NCBI GenBank assembly: GCA_026397235.1
Contig: JAPLVG010000014.1
Coordinates: forward strand, 1-58,076
Direction: 5' to 3'
Origin: Candidatus Berkelbacteria bacterium
GTDB taxonomy: Bacteria > Patescibacteriota > UBA1384 > XYA2-FULL-43-10 > CAINNR01
Length of the DNA: 58,076 nt
The position numbers and the translations under genes were made by a program. This document shows positions 30,345 to 41,062 of this stretch, one piece after another; the stretch's first letter is position 1, and every line of letters starts with the position of its first letter. The notes under the pieces were generated by a model that saw only the letters and a list, made by a program, of their open reading frames with translations, made no database searches and had not been told where the DNA came from.

Positions 30345-31736
30345 ATGCCAAAATCAAAAAAACAAAATCATATCGTTGGGGCCAAGTTGCCACCGCAAAA
30401 TCCGGAGGCGGAGAATGCTGTCGTTGGTGCACTTTTAATAGACAAAGATGCTATTTTATCAGTCGTTGAAATATTATCCGCTGATGATTTTTACGATGAT
30501 CGCAATGCAACTATCTATCGGGCAATTCTGGCATTATTCGAAAAACGAACGCCAATTGACATGGTGACGTTGACTGATCAACTGGAAAAAGAAAAAGAGC
30601 TAACTAACGTTGGTGGCTCGACCCACATTGTCTCAATCGTCAATTCAACGCCGTCGGCGGCCAATGTGACTCACTGGGCAAATATTGTCCGTAATAAGGC
30701 AATATTGCGTCGCTTGATTACTTCTGCGGTGACAATATCCGATCTCGGATTTGATGAAGAGGATGATGTTTCAGCCGTGTTAGATAAAGCTGAGCAATCA
30801 CTTTTTGCCGTGTCGCAGAAATTTTTCCGGCAGAAATTTATTCCGATTAAAGATGTTTTGACTGAAGCCTTCGATCGAATTGATAAAATTCACAAAGAAA
30901 AAGGCGCGTTGCGCGGAATTTCCACTGGTTTTCGTGATTTAGACGCCAAGCTTGCGGGTTTGCAGAAATCCGACCTGCTAATCATTGCTGCCAGGCCATC
31001 CATGGGCAAAACTTCACTGGCGTTAAATATCGCCGAGCAAATTTCTGTCGAAGATAAGATTCCGATAGCCTTCTTTTCACTGGAAATGTCAAAGGAACAG
31101 CTGGTTGATCGCTTGATCTCATCGCAAGCTGGTGTTGATTCCTGGAAACTGCGAACCGGAAATTTATCAGACGAAGATTTTCCCAAGATCGGCTACGCCA
31201 TGGGAACATTATCAGAAGCGCCGTTTTTCATTGATGATTCGCCGGGCTTAACTGTTACAGAAATTCGGGCCAAAGCCCGAAGATTACAAATGGAACAGAA
31301 TCTCGGCGTAATTTTTGTTGATTATTTGCAGTTAATTGAAGGCCGGTCAAAATCCGGCGATCCGAATCGCGTCCAAGAAATCTCCGAGATCTCAAGGTCG
31401 CTAAAAAATCTGGCCCGCGAACTGGACATTCCGGTGGTGGCACTATCGCAACTTTCCCGTGCCGTTGAACACAGGCCGGACAAACGGCCGCAACTTTCCG
31501 ACCTTCGTGAATCTGGATCCATTGAACAAGATGCAGACGTTGTAATGTTCATTTACCGCGACGATTATTATGATGAAAACTCGGACAAAAAAGGCGTGAC
31601 GGAAATTCTCATCCGCAAACACCGAAATGGTCCAATCGGCAATGTCGACTTATATTTCAACGCCGAACAAATGCGCTTTCGTGATTTAGCCCGAACACCA
31701 AAGAGCGGCCCAACCGACTTTGGCCCAGAAGATTGA
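30345..31736 (+). CDS. dnaB: Replicative DNA helicase
   Basis: AARPSMGKT, FSLEMS, DYLQL, LSQLSR, LRESGSIEQDAD, KHRNGP. Confidence 0.98.
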   Translation: MPKSKKQNHIVGAKLPPQNPEAENAVVGALLIDKDAILSVVEILSADDFYDDRNATIYRAILALFEKRTPIDMVTLTDQLEKEKELTNVGGSTHIVSIVNSTPSAANVTHWANIVRNKAILRRLITSAVTISDLGFDEEDDVSAVLDKAEQSLFAVSQKFFRQKFIPIKDVLTEAFDRIDKIHKEKGALRGISTGFRDLDAKLAGLQKSDLLIIAARPSMGKTSLALNIAEQISVEDKIPIAFFSLEMSKEQLVDRLISSQAGVDSWKLRTGNLSDEDFPKIGYAMGTLSEAPFFIDDSPGLTVTEIRAKARRLQMEQNLGVIFVDYLQLIEGRSKSGDPNRVQEISEISRSLKNLARELDIPVVALSQLSRAVEHRPDKRPQLSDLRESGSIEQDADVVMFIYRDDYYDENSDKKGVTEILIRKHRNGPIGNVDLYFNAEQMRFRDLARTPKSGPTDFGPED

Positions 31737-31860
31737 GCAAAGTCGAAGTCTGCTGAAAGTGACCCTGTGGGGACTAATATCTAATTAACCTAATTCCTAA
31801 ATAGTATCGAATCTCTAAAAAAAGCGGCGGGCTAATTGCCTGTCGCTTGTGGATCGGTTG

Positions 31861-32109
31861 TCAGGGACGGGTAACATTTTTGAGCAGATATGCCACCCCT
31901 AACCCGAGTATAATAGTCCCGGAACCGAGAATACATGCACCTGACACCGTTTCGCCGTTGAAAAGGGCTACGGCTGCGATAGCAATTGCGACGATTCCCA
32001 TGACTATGGCGATGACTGCGAGTATGTATCCCCAGTCCGACTTGTCGAGTGGACGAGCGGTTGATTTGTCAAGCATTCGAAGCGTCTCCTTCCTCTCGTT
32101 GACGGGCAC
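31861..32109 (-). CDS. Small two-TM hypothetical protein
   Basis: Two hydrophobic helices; start uncertain. Confidence 0.5.
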   Translation of the reverse strand: MPVNERKETLRMLDKSTARPLDKSDWGYILAVIAIVMGIVAIAIAAVALFNGETVSGACILGSGTIILGLGVAYLLKNVTRP

Positions 32110-32254
32110 AGCCGCAACAAAACGTCACCCAGCCTGAGAAGATCAATCCCGCGCCAATGATTGGCTGGCTGATAAAGCAGACAAAGCCTATCACTGCTAC
32201 TACTAGGCCACTACAGATCATCATCCAATTCAGTGTGATTTGCACCTGTCTCAC
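32069..32254 (-). CDS. Small two-TM hypothetical protein
   Basis: Two hydrophobic helices; overlaps the next ORF, so the two may be one frameshifted gene. Confidence 0.4.
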   Translation of the reverse strand: MRQVQITLNWMMICSGLVVAVIGFVCFISQPIIGAGLIFSGWVTFCCGCARQREEGDASNA

Positions 32255-32291
32255 CTCAGTGGTTTAGTACCAACTGATTATTTCTATCAGA

Positions 32292-33095
32292 TTATTTATT
32301 TTTTTGCAACAAAATATAGGGGGCGCGGATGATTTTCATCAACGCAGTTTGAAAACTGCTGTAATGTTTTTGCCAGTAGTAATCCTGGCTTTTGTAATAG
32401 AACTTTTTTTTCTCGAACGAAGTCGAACTCTGACCCTCGAAGTGAATGATTTTTGCCGTCGTCAGCACAGCATTTTTGTAGCCCAATTTCGTAATTCGGC
32501 GGCACAAATCATCGTCTTCAATGTACATGAAAAAGTTTTCGTCGAAACCGCTAATTTTTTCAAATAACTCTCTTTTTAGCATCATAGCCGCACCGGAAAC
32601 CATATCAACATAGAAAAAATCCTTTGACAAATCAACAGGAAGATTCCACCAGCGTTTGATTGTTATACCGGCGAGATGCTGGAAATTACCGAAAAAATTT
32701 CGCTGAAGTTTTTTATCCGGATGATATAACAAAGATGTCACTGCCCCAACCTCAGAGTGTTTGGCTAAAAAGTCGAGCATTTTTTCTATGGCATCATCGC
32801 AAACTTCAATGTCAGGGTTCAATAGTAGAAGATATTCTCCTTTGGCTTCTTTGGCACCGAGATTATTGCCGGCGCCGTAACCTTTATTTTCTTTGGCCTT
32901 AATAACTTTTACATTTTTAAATCTTTCAAATTCCTTTTGGAAAACTAATGCGTTATTATTCCCTGGATCGTTGTCTACAAGAATTATTTCAAATTTCAAA
33001 TGCTCAAGACGTTTTTCCAAGTCAAAAACAAGTGGGAGTGAGTACTTCTGGCTTTTATAGTCAACGATGATTATTGAGAGTTCTGGTTTGTCCAT
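32292..33095 (-). CDS. GT2-family glycosyltransferase
   Basis: VDN, NKGYGAGNN, LLNPD, GFDENFFMYIEDDDLC. Confidence 0.92.
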   Translation of the reverse strand: MDKPELSIIIVDYKSQKYSLPLVFDLEKRLEHLKFEIILVDNDPGNNNALVFQKEFERFKNVKVIKAKENKGYGAGNNLGAKEAKGEYLLLLNPDIEVCDDAIEKMLDFLAKHSEVGAVTSLLYHPDKKLQRNFFGNFQHLAGITIKRWWNLPVDLSKDFFYVDMVSGAAMMLKRELFEKISGFDENFFMYIEDDDLCRRITKLGYKNAVLTTAKIIHFEGQSSTSFEKKKFYYKSQDYYWQKHYSSFQTALMKIIRAPYILLQKNK

Positions 33096-34525
33096 TTATT
33101 TTTGATTGATGATAAATATTCTCGAATCAGCTCTTTTGGCATGGCGTCAATTTGGTAGGCAAGCAGTAGATAAAGCGAGGTGCTAACTATCATTGCCAAA
33201 ATGAAATAGACTCCGATTTGGCGAAGAAAGATTCCCAGCGTGATTGAAATTGCGGCGGAGAAAATTAGTTTGGCTATACGGAGGAGGTCAATTCTGATCG
33301 GAATAATTTTTTTAGTTTTAAAGTAACCGAGGCAAAATAGGAGAATTTCTGATGCCAGCGTTGTAGCGCCAGCGGCGTAAAAAGAGTAAAGCGGAATTAA
33401 AATAATATTGCTGACGACATTGAAAGTTAAAACGATTACCGCCATTAGCAACAAATATTTTCGGGAATCCTTGGCGATTAGAACTTCGCTTAGCATGGTA
33501 TTTAAATAAATAAAAATCGCGGCTATTGATAGGACGATAATCACCGGCGCACCGGATAAAAAAGTGCTATTTGAAAGAAAAATCATTATTTCTCGAGAAA
33601 ACGGCAGACAAATTGTGACTAAAACCAGTGCCATGGAAATCATGAAAGTTATGCCGCTCGAGGTCGCTCTGCCGGCTTTCTCTTTATCATTGTTTATTGT
33701 TGCGGATAGTAGCGGCTTTAGCGAATATGCCAAATAAGCGGCGGCGAACATTGTGGTTTCCAAAACCCGATAGGCGACGGCGTAGATTCCAACATCAGAA
33801 GCGCCTTTAAAATAGAAGAGAATTAGTGTGTCGACTTTGAAATAAAAATTATTGAGAATAAAAATCATTCCAAAAGGCAGTGAGAGTTTAATGATATCGC
33901 CGGCAATCTTCGGATCCCAGCCGAAGTGAGGAATTTCATCTGTTGTAGCCAAAAAATATTTAATTAGAATTGTGACGATTGTTGCCAGCGAAATGGTGGC
34001 AATTATCCAATTGAAATCAAGTTTGAAAATTACAACTGCGGTTAAGGCGGAAAGTGAGACAATCTTGGCGACAATTTCAGCAATGGTAACTTTTTTCATC
34101 TCTAATCTAGTCTGAAATATGATGTCAAAAATACTGCCGACCAAATTAAGAAACAGAAATAGGGAAGCGATCAAGACACCCTGTTTGATAATTGTCGGAT
34201 AGCCTGTTAGTTGGGCAATGATAACAGCGATAATTGTTATCGCCAGAGCGCTAATTAATCTAATTGTAAAAATATTATTTAGTAATGCTCGTCGCTTTTC
34301 CGGATATTTGGCGATTTCCCGAACGCCAATCGAAAAAAGACCAAAATCAGCGATGGTAATGAAAAACGACAGGTAGGTAATAATTGTATTGTAGTAACCA
34401 GTGCCTTCGGTGCCGACGTAGTTTGATATTAGTTTGATGGTAACCAAGGACATTATCAAAACAATCATCCGGCCGATGATTTGTACCACAACATTTCCGG
34501 CAATAGTATTTCGTTCGTTTTCCAT
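33071..34525 (-). CDS. Wzx-like polysaccharide flippase
   Basis: Multi-TM; DFGL...VREIA; KVDTLIL...VGIYAVAYR. Confidence 0.88.
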   Translation of the reverse strand: MENERNTIAGNVVVQIIGRMIVLIMSLVTIKLISNYVGTEGTGYYNTIITYLSFFITIADFGLFSIGVREIAKYPEKRRALLNNIFTIRLISALAITIIAVIIAQLTGYPTIIKQGVLIASLFLFLNLVGSIFDIIFQTRLEMKKVTIAEIVAKIVSLSALTAVVIFKLDFNWIIATISLATIVTILIKYFLATTDEIPHFGWDPKIAGDIIKLSLPFGMIFILNNFYFKVDTLILFYFKGASDVGIYAVAYRVLETTMFAAAYLAYSLKPLLSATINNDKEKAGRATSSGITFMISMALVLVTICLPFSREIMIFLSNSTFLSGAPVIIVLSIAAIFIYLNTMLSEVLIAKDSRKYLLLMAVIVLTFNVVSNIILIPLYSFYAAGATTLASEILLFCLGYFKTKKIIPIRIDLLRIAKLIFSAAISITLGIFLRQIGVYFILAMIVSTSLYLLLAYQIDAMPKELIREYLSSIKNKWTNQNSQ

Positions 34526-34644
34526 TAGTTTTTTGTTAACTATTATTTACCAGTGAACTTTCCTTATTATGGCAATTTTCTGTTGATTTTTCAAGCTCCA
34601 CACTTTACATTTTGGTCGTTTAGCAGGTATTATAAAAATAATTT

Positions 34645-35877
34645 ATGGTAAAAAATCTAACAATAAAAAAAATCATTACTGTTTTGGTCACCCTCTTTTT
34701 TCTTTTTCTGCCATTCGAGCGACTCTTAACTTTCGAAATATTTGGTCTGACAGCCAAAATCTCTTTTTTAATTTTGATGCTTATCGTTTTGGTCTATTTT
34801 GTTTTGCGTCTTGGACCGACGTTGGCAACAGAAGATAAGATTTTATTGGCATTTTCAGCCTTATCATATCTTTCAGTTTTCTGGTCAATTGATCAGCTGC
34901 GATCATTAATTATCGCCACGATCTTTTCAGCCACTTTTTTAGGTTTTATCGCTCTTCGGCGTTTTTTGACTCCTCAAAATATAGAAATTGCCAAAACAAT
35001 TCTCATTTTTTGGGGTTTTGCTCTTTGTTTTTTTGCGCTCTGGCAATATTTTGGAGATCTGCATAATTTGCCGTTGACTTTTTTACGGGAGCGATATACA
35101 AAAATTGTGTTTGGTTTTCCCAGGCCGCAAGCAACATTTTTGGAACCGCTTTATTTTGCTAATTTCCTTTTTATGCCGATCTTTTTCAGTCTGGAGAGAT
35201 TTATAAAATCAGAAAAGATTAATTGGTTTTTGTCACTTAATATTTTTCTACTGCTGATGGTCGAAGTCCTGACCTTGTCGCGGGGTGCCTATTTTTCGCT
35301 GGCTTTTGCAATAATAATCCTTGTAATTTTTGTTGGTTTGAAGTTCAAAAAATATCTTAAACAGCTTTTGATTGCACTCGGGATAGGAGTTTTGGGTATA
35401 ATCGGAGCAGTATTCATTATTTATTCATCTGCCAGTCATCGTGACTTTCAAATATTTGTGCAACATGCCGGCGCTACTGATGTTGCTGGCGAGTCAACAG
35501 TTGCTCGTTTGAGCTATTCATCCATCGCTTGGAGCAATTTTAAGAAACAGCCATGGGGGATTGGTACCGGCGCTTTTGGCGCACTGCCGGAATTTTCTGA
35601 TAAATTATTAGCCGGTAACTATCAAACAGTTGGCAATTTATATTTAGAGATATTGGTTGAAGAGGGAATTATCGGGTTATTGCTATTTTTGTTTTTCCTA
35701 TTTATAAATCTGAAATATTTCTGGCAAAATATCAAAGTAAAAAAAATTGAAAGTCTAATTTTAATGGTTGTCTTTGTCGCGATATTTATTCAAGCGGTAT
35801 CGTTCTCTGCACTTTATATCATCCCAATCTGGGCCTTTCTGGCTCTGGCCCGGCCAACAAGAATGGATGACCAATGA
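34645..35877 (+). CDS. O-antigen ligase/polymerase family membrane protein
   Basis: RPQATFLEP.YFAN, TLSRGA, GIGTG, NLYLEILVE.GIIG. Confidence 0.85.
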   Translation: MVKNLTIKKIITVLVTLFFLFLPFERLLTFEIFGLTAKISFLILMLIVLVYFVLRLGPTLATEDKILLAFSALSYLSVFWSIDQLRSLIIATIFSATFLGFIALRRFLTPQNIEIAKTILIFWGFALCFFALWQYFGDLHNLPLTFLRERYTKIVFGFPRPQATFLEPLYFANFLFMPIFFSLERFIKSEKINWFLSLNIFLLLMVEVLTLSRGAYFSLAFAIIILVIFVGLKFKKYLKQLLIALGIGVLGIIGAVFIIYSSASHRDFQIFVQHAGATDVAGESTVARLSYSSIAWSNFKKQPWGIGTGAFGALPEFSDKLLAGNYQTVGNLYLEILVEEGIIGLLLFLFFLFINLKYFWQNIKVKKIESLILMVVFVAIFIQAVSFSALYIIPIWAFLALARPTRMDDQ

Positions 35878-35917
35878 GACGAATTGGTTCTTGGTAATTT
35901 TGTGCTAAAATATAGTT

Positions 35918-37180
35918 ATGGTCACATATTTGATCTATGTTTGTTTGTTTCTGATTCCGGCATATATTTTTAGGTTTTCAGTTTTTGGAATCCCGACGAA
36001 TTTTTTTGAAATTGCTGTCATTATTACTGCGCTGGTATTTATCATTGAAAGATTAGTCAGTTCCCGCCGGAGTTTCCCCCTTGCGGGCGGGAACGACGAT
36101 AAAAAATTTATCGTCGGATTTTGGCCGGCCTATATTTTGCTGCTGGCGGCAATTATCGGCACGACGATCGCGGCTGATAAAACGCTGGCACTAGGTATAT
36201 TAAAAGGCTGGTTTTTTATCCCAGCATTTTTATATTTAGGTATTATTAACTCGTTTGATAAAAAAAATATTCGCAGAATCACGATTCCACTTTTTATAAC
36301 TTTGATTTTAGTTTCTCTTTGGGCGATATTACAAAAATTAGGAGTCATCTCTACACTTTTTTACCAAGTCGGAGACGCCGGATTTACCGATTATCTCAAC
36401 CGATTTCGGGCTTTTGGGCCATTTGAGTCGCCGAATTATTTGGCGATGTTTGTCGTGCCAATGATGTTTATTACTTTGCCGATTATCGGCTATTTTCGAA
36501 GTACAACGGATAAAATTTTGATTTTATCATTTTATACTTTGCCACTTTTCGCCTTGTACGCTTCTCACTCTCTCGGCGGACTTTTAGCCTTTGGTTTTGG
36601 AATCATTTCACTCTTTGCCGTTCTTTTAGCTAAAACCTATCGGGCACATCTGGTGAACTCAGGAGTAAAAGTTACTGCTTTGGCAGTCGGTTTGGTTGTT
36701 GTTGCAGTCGCTTTTGCTTTTATCTTTTCGTCCATTGGCACTGAAACTTATTCCAATACTGTTAGAATAGATATTTACCGCTACTCAACAGAGTTAATCC
36801 AATTACACCCGATCTTTGGTGTCGGCTTGGGTGAATTTCAAAAGTCAGTCGGGCAAATTTCAATTAGCAATCTCGGATTTCAGACCTATGGTTTATCATA
36901 TGCTCTTCATCCGCATAATTTATTTTTAGCTTTTTGGCTTAATTTGGGTCTTTTGGGATTTCTAACATTTCTTTATCTTCTCGGCAGTTTTTTTTGGCGA
37001 CTCGGACGACGCAGCGGCGATATTTTAATTATCGCTTCAACTTTCGCTGCCATGGTAGCTATCCTGATTCACGGATTAGTTGACACGACTTATTTTAAAA
37101 ATGATTTATCAGCAATTTTTTGGCTGCTTTTGGCCATGGCCGTAATATTGGGTGTGAAAAATGGAACAAATAGTCAGTAA
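35918..37180 (+). CDS. O-antigen ligase family membrane protein
   Basis: RAFGPFESPNYLA, GVGLGEF, HPHNLFL, HGLVDT. Confidence 0.87.
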   Translation: MVTYLIYVCLFLIPAYIFRFSVFGIPTNFFEIAVIITALVFIIERLVSSRRSFPLAGGNDDKKFIVGFWPAYILLLAAIIGTTIAADKTLALGILKGWFFIPAFLYLGIINSFDKKNIRRITIPLFITLILVSLWAILQKLGVISTLFYQVGDAGFTDYLNRFRAFGPFESPNYLAMFVVPMMFITLPIIGYFRSTTDKILILSFYTLPLFALYASHSLGGLLAFGFGIISLFAVLLAKTYRAHLVNSGVKVTALAVGLVVVAVAFAFIFSSIGTETYSNTVRIDIYRYSTELIQLHPIFGVGLGEFQKSVGQISISNLGFQTYGLSYALHPHNLFLAFWLNLGLLGFLTFLYLLGSFFWRLGRRSGDILIIASTFAAMVAILIHGLVDTTYFKNDLSAIFWLLLAMAVILGVKNGTNSQ

Positions 37181-38438
37181 TAATAAATTTGAAAATCTTT
37201 TGCAAAAAATTGGCGTAGTATTTTTGTATGTTTCAATTATTTATTTACCGCTTTATGAACTTATATTGCACATTCTTCAAAGTTATACTGGACTGTCTGA
37301 CCAGTTAATTTTTTGGTTAACGCATTTTTATGAACCGGTTATCGTTTTATTTATCCTCATATATCTGATTAAGTTTGCAATCCAGCGGCAATTACCCAAA
37401 TTTATCAAGGTAGATATTCTAGCTGCTGCAATTATGCTATTGGCTTTAGTTATGATCGCAATTTATCATAATGATTTGCAGCGCGGTTTGCAGGGTTTGC
37501 GTTTTCTGATTTTGCCCTTTGCTATCTATTTAACTACTAGATTTATTAACGATAAAAATCCTCATAAATTAATCAAAATATACTTAATTATCGCTTCACT
37601 TTTGGCTGTTATGGCAATTATTGAATATTTCTTTTTGCCTCGCGGCTATATGGATATTTACTATAATTTGGTTGGCTTTGGTTTTGGCCAGAACACTCTG
37701 ATAAGTACCACCCAGGCAACGGCAATTTTAGCCGGTCCAAATCAATTGGCGTCATATCTGATTTTTCCGTTTTTTTATTTGTTACATCGCTATTTTGCTG
37801 GCAAAAAAAGCATTCTAATGATGACTGACAGTTGTTTACTGATTCTTATCGCTTTGGCAATTGGCTTGACTTACTCGCGATCAGCGCTTATCGGTTTAAT
37901 TATCTCGGCAATTGCGATGTTTGCCTATGTCGGACGCGGACAGAGAGATAAGGTAATATATGCGATTTTGTTTATTGTTATCGCCGTGACTTTAGCTGCC
38001 ACCTATGCACTTCGAAACGGCGAACTTCCTCGAGATATTATTACTCATGGCGGATCAATGATTGGTCATCAAACTGCAATGGCGGAGAGCTTTAAAACCT
38101 TTTTTCACGGCGGGCTGCTCAAAATTCTTTTCGGCTTTGGTGTTGGTTCGGCCGGACCGGTTGCATTGAAACTTGGCGGAATAATTTCAGAAAACTATTA
38201 TCTTCAGATTTGTTTCGAGCTTGGAATCGTCGGCCTGATTATTTACATTTTATTTATTGCTGGATTGCTCAATAATATGTTTAGAAAATCAAAAACACTT
38301 TTTTTTGCTCTAATTGCGTTGCTAATTAATGCCTTTTTCCTTCACATTTTTTCTGACAACCCGGCAATGGCGGTTTCAGTATTTATTATTACTGCTTTTG
38401 TAATAAATCTGGAAGTCCAAAATAGCGGTAGTGTCTAG
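37161..38438 (+). CDS. O-antigen ligase family membrane protein
   Basis: GPNQLASYL, TYSRSA, GFGVGSAG, ENYYLQI..ELGIVG. Confidence 0.85.
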   Translation: MEQIVSNNKFENLLQKIGVVFLYVSIIYLPLYELILHILQSYTGLSDQLIFWLTHFYEPVIVLFILIYLIKFAIQRQLPKFIKVDILAAAIMLLALVMIAIYHNDLQRGLQGLRFLILPFAIYLTTRFINDKNPHKLIKIYLIIASLLAVMAIIEYFFLPRGYMDIYYNLVGFGFGQNTLISTTQATAILAGPNQLASYLIFPFFYLLHRYFAGKKSILMMTDSCLLILIALAIGLTYSRSALIGLIISAIAMFAYVGRGQRDKVIYAILFIVIAVTLAATYALRNGELPRDIITHGGSMIGHQTAMAESFKTFFHGGLLKILFGFGVGSAGPVALKLGGIISENYYLQICFELGIVGLIIYILFIAGLLNNMFRKSKTLFFALIALLINAFFLHIFSDNPAMAVSVFIITAFVINLEVQNSGSV

Positions 38439-38873
38439 CCACAAATTTATGCCACAAATTGACACAGATAATACATTAAATGAGTTGTCAAAGAAATTAA
38501 TTGGATTGGCTTTTGAGACTTATAACTTTCTCGGGGCGGGATATAGCGAAAGAATTTATCAAAATATGTTTGCAGAACTTTTAAAAGAATCGGAAGTCGG
38601 CTACATTCGTGAGAAATATTCTCAATTGATCATACATGGCAAACGAATAGGAGGTCATAAGGTTGATTTTTTGGTCGATGATAAAATTGTTGTCGAGATG
38701 AAATGCAGAAGTGAAATTTATCCAAAGGACATTGCACAAGTAATAAATTATCTAAAAGTTAATGCAGTTAAATTGGGATTAATATTTTGTTTTACTACAA
38801 AAGGTGTCAAGATTAAGCGCTTTGTGTATTAATTTGTGCTGATCTGTGGTATAAATTTGTGGCTAGACACTAC
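38428..38873. mobile_element. Inverted-repeat-bounded GxxExxY cassette 1
   Basis: Arms 38428..38469 and 38832..38873 are 36/42 complementary, outer 23 bp perfect. Confidence 0.7.
38449..38832 (+). CDS. GxxExxY protein (PD-(D/E)XK nuclease-like)
   Basis: LGAGYSERIY, DFLVDDKIVVEMK, QVINYLK...LGLIF; start at ATG 38449. Confidence 0.92.
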   Translation: MPQIDTDNTLNELSKKLIGLAFETYNFLGAGYSERIYQNMFAELLKESEVGYIREKYSQLIIHGKRIGGHKVDFLVDDKIVVEMKCRSEIYPKDIAQVINYLKVNAVKLGLIFCFTTKGVKIKRFVY

Positions 38874-38891
38874 TTATTATGTAAGAGGAAA

Positions 38892-40061
38892 ATGAGTAAA
38901 ATATTAGTTGACGGAAGATTTATCGGTGTCGGTGACTCCATTGGTCGCTATACTTTTGGTATACTTGAACATTTATTGGATATCGACAGCGAAAATCACT
39001 ATTCACTGCTAATCCGGCCGGCTGGCATTAAACAAGTTAAAGAACACGGTTTTTGGGATTCTGATCGAGTCAAGGTTGAGGTTCAAGATATTGCTCATTA
39101 CTCAATGGCCGAGCAAACAAAACTCCTTGTCTGGTTGAACAAGAAGCCCTATGACTTGGTTTATTTTACACAATTTAATCACCCAATATATTATCGCAAA
39201 CCGTATATCATAACAATTCATGATATGACGACCTTTGGTTACTTCGGATACCAGAATCCGCTTAGAGTTATTCCATTTAAAATGGCGATGAAATCGGCGG
39301 TGCGTGATTCGAAAAAAATTATTTCAGTCTCTAAAAAAACCGGAGATGAATTGGTTGATTATTATAAAGTTGATAAAAGAAAGATCGAGGTCATTTATTG
39401 TGGTATTGACCAGAACTATGTTCGAATTTCAAAAATGGATCAGGCGGACAGAGTTAAACTGGGCAATAAATTTAAAAAACACTATGAGCTTGAAAGTGAA
39501 TATTTGCTCTACACTGGGATGTGGAAGAAACATAAAAACCTAATGCGTTTGCTGCAAGCTTTTAAAAAAGTTAGGTCTGACGTTGGCTCAATTCAGCTGG
39601 TTCTGGCTGGCAAAGTTGATAAAGATGAACCGGAAATTGTGACTGAAATAGAAAATATTAATGGCCATGAAATTGATAAAACCATGAGCTCTGACCCGGT
39701 TTTTGTCGCTGGCTTCGTGCCGGAAGAGTTATTATCAGCTGCGTATGCAGGGGCTATTGCTTATACCCAGTCATCCCTAAACGAAGGATTTGGTTTGCCG
39801 CCATTGGAAGCAATGGCTTGCGGAGCACCGGTTGTGGCTTCAAATATCTCTGCTACGCCAGAAGTACTTGGTGACGCTGCCAGTTATTTTGACCCTGAAA
39901 ATGTTGATGATATGATGATGAAGATTGAAGAGGTGGTGATGAATCAACGGCTACGCCTCGACCTTCGAAAGAGGGGTTTGGAGAGAGTAAAATTATATTC
40001 ATGGAACGAGAATGCAAAAAAAACATTAAAAATTATTGAAGAGGTTCTAAAATCAAATTAG
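38892..40061 (+). CDS. GT4-family glycosyltransferase
   Basis: [22 protein letters not shown]; start at ATG 38892. Confidence 0.92.
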   Translation: MSKILVDGRFIGVGDSIGRYTFGILEHLLDIDSENHYSLLIRPAGIKQVKEHGFWDSDRVKVEVQDIAHYSMAEQTKLLVWLNKKPYDLVYFTQFNHPIYYRKPYIITIHDMTTFGYFGYQNPLRVIPFKMAMKSAVRDSKKIISVSKKTGDELVDYYKVDKRKIEVIYCGIDQNYVRISKMDQADRVKLGNKFKKHYELESEYLLYTGMWKKHKNLMRLLQAFKKVRSDVGSIQLVLAGKVDKDEPEIVTEIENINGHEIDKTMSSDPVFVAGFVPEELLSAAYAGAIAYTQSSLNEGFGLPPLEAMACGAPVVASNISATPEVLGDAASYFDPENVDDMMMKIEEVVMNQRLRLDLRKRGLERVKLYSWNENAKKTLKIIEEVLKSN

Positions 40062-40165
40062 TCTAATTTGTCTTATTGGTCTCATTAGACCATTTTTAAT
40101 AGAAGATAAAAAAGCGCCCGGCACCAATTGGCGCTGGGCGCGAGACATGTGTTGCCGGGAGATTG

Positions 40166-40396
40166 TCAGGCGAATTGCCCGGTTCTGTCCACTTCCCGTC
40201 CGGAGCGGTCTGCGACATATGCCCCATCCACTTCGGAACATGAGACCAGGTCGAGGAAGTCATAAGCGATCTCCAAGGTCTCCTTGCCACCTGCCGGCTT
40301 GTTGCTCCAGGTTTGGCCTACGCGAAACTGCAGTCTTTTGGTTTCGTTACCAACTACCCTTACGACATAAAACGGCGGGCACGGTTGCTGAGCCAT
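40166..40396 (-). CDS. Small hypothetical protein
   Basis: GGGAGG SD; terminator-like hairpin at about 40108-40141. Confidence 0.6.
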   Translation of the reverse strand: MAQQPCPPFYVVRVVGNETKRLQFRVGQTWSNKPAGGKETLEIAYDFLDLVSCSEVDGAYVADRSGREVDRTGQFA

Positions 40397-40507
40397 TTCT
40401 ACCTCCCGAGTTTGATTTCATCGTAAGTAATTTATACTCTTAATGTCTATCATAGTCAAATAAAAAAACGGCCTGCCCCGGAGTGGGGCGGACCGTGATG
40501 TTTTTAT

Positions 40508-40894
40508 TCATCTACTGTCTGCCTCCCAATAAGCCTTCGGGAGGTTTGAGATTTGGCGGACGGTATTCCCGCATTTGTCGCAGCCGCGGACTTTGTAGGC
40601 TACGATGACTTCCGACAAGTCAAGTATCTTGCCGCAGCCGGTGCATTCGTAAGTTCCGCCGTCGTAGCGGAAAAGGCCGGCAAACATGGCGGCCAAAATA
40701 CAAATGAGCGCCATGACGCCGGCCATACTCAGTCCGGTACCAAGCCCGCAGTTCGGCACCGGCGCCCAAAATGCCGTGGCGCAACTGACGAGGAAGACAA
40801 GGACTGCTATCAATCTCTTGCCAATCGCCCAGCAGTACGCCCCAACTATCATCGCCACAAACGCAATTACTCCGTACCACTGATACCAGTGCAC
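40508..40894 (-). CDS. Three-TM protein with C-terminal zinc ribbon
   Basis: GAGG SD; CTGC...CDKC; terminator at about 40461-40494. Confidence 0.65.
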   Translation of the reverse strand: MHWYQWYGVIAFVAMIVGAYCWAIGKRLIAVLVFLVSCATAFWAPVPNCGLGTGLSMAGVMALICILAAMFAGLFRYDGGTYECTGCGKILDLSEVIVAYKVRGCDKCGNTVRQISNLPKAYWEADSR

Positions 40895-41062
40895 AGGAAT
40901 ACCTCTTTTCGTAAACTATTCTGCAACACCAAATATTAGCACATCTGATATAATATGTCAAGATTGTGGTGGAAAAAAATTTCTGCTAGGTTGAGAACAG
41001 AAATCATTATTAAATTGTTCTATTGTTTTATTGTTAAAAACAATTGAGCATCGAAAGGAAAT

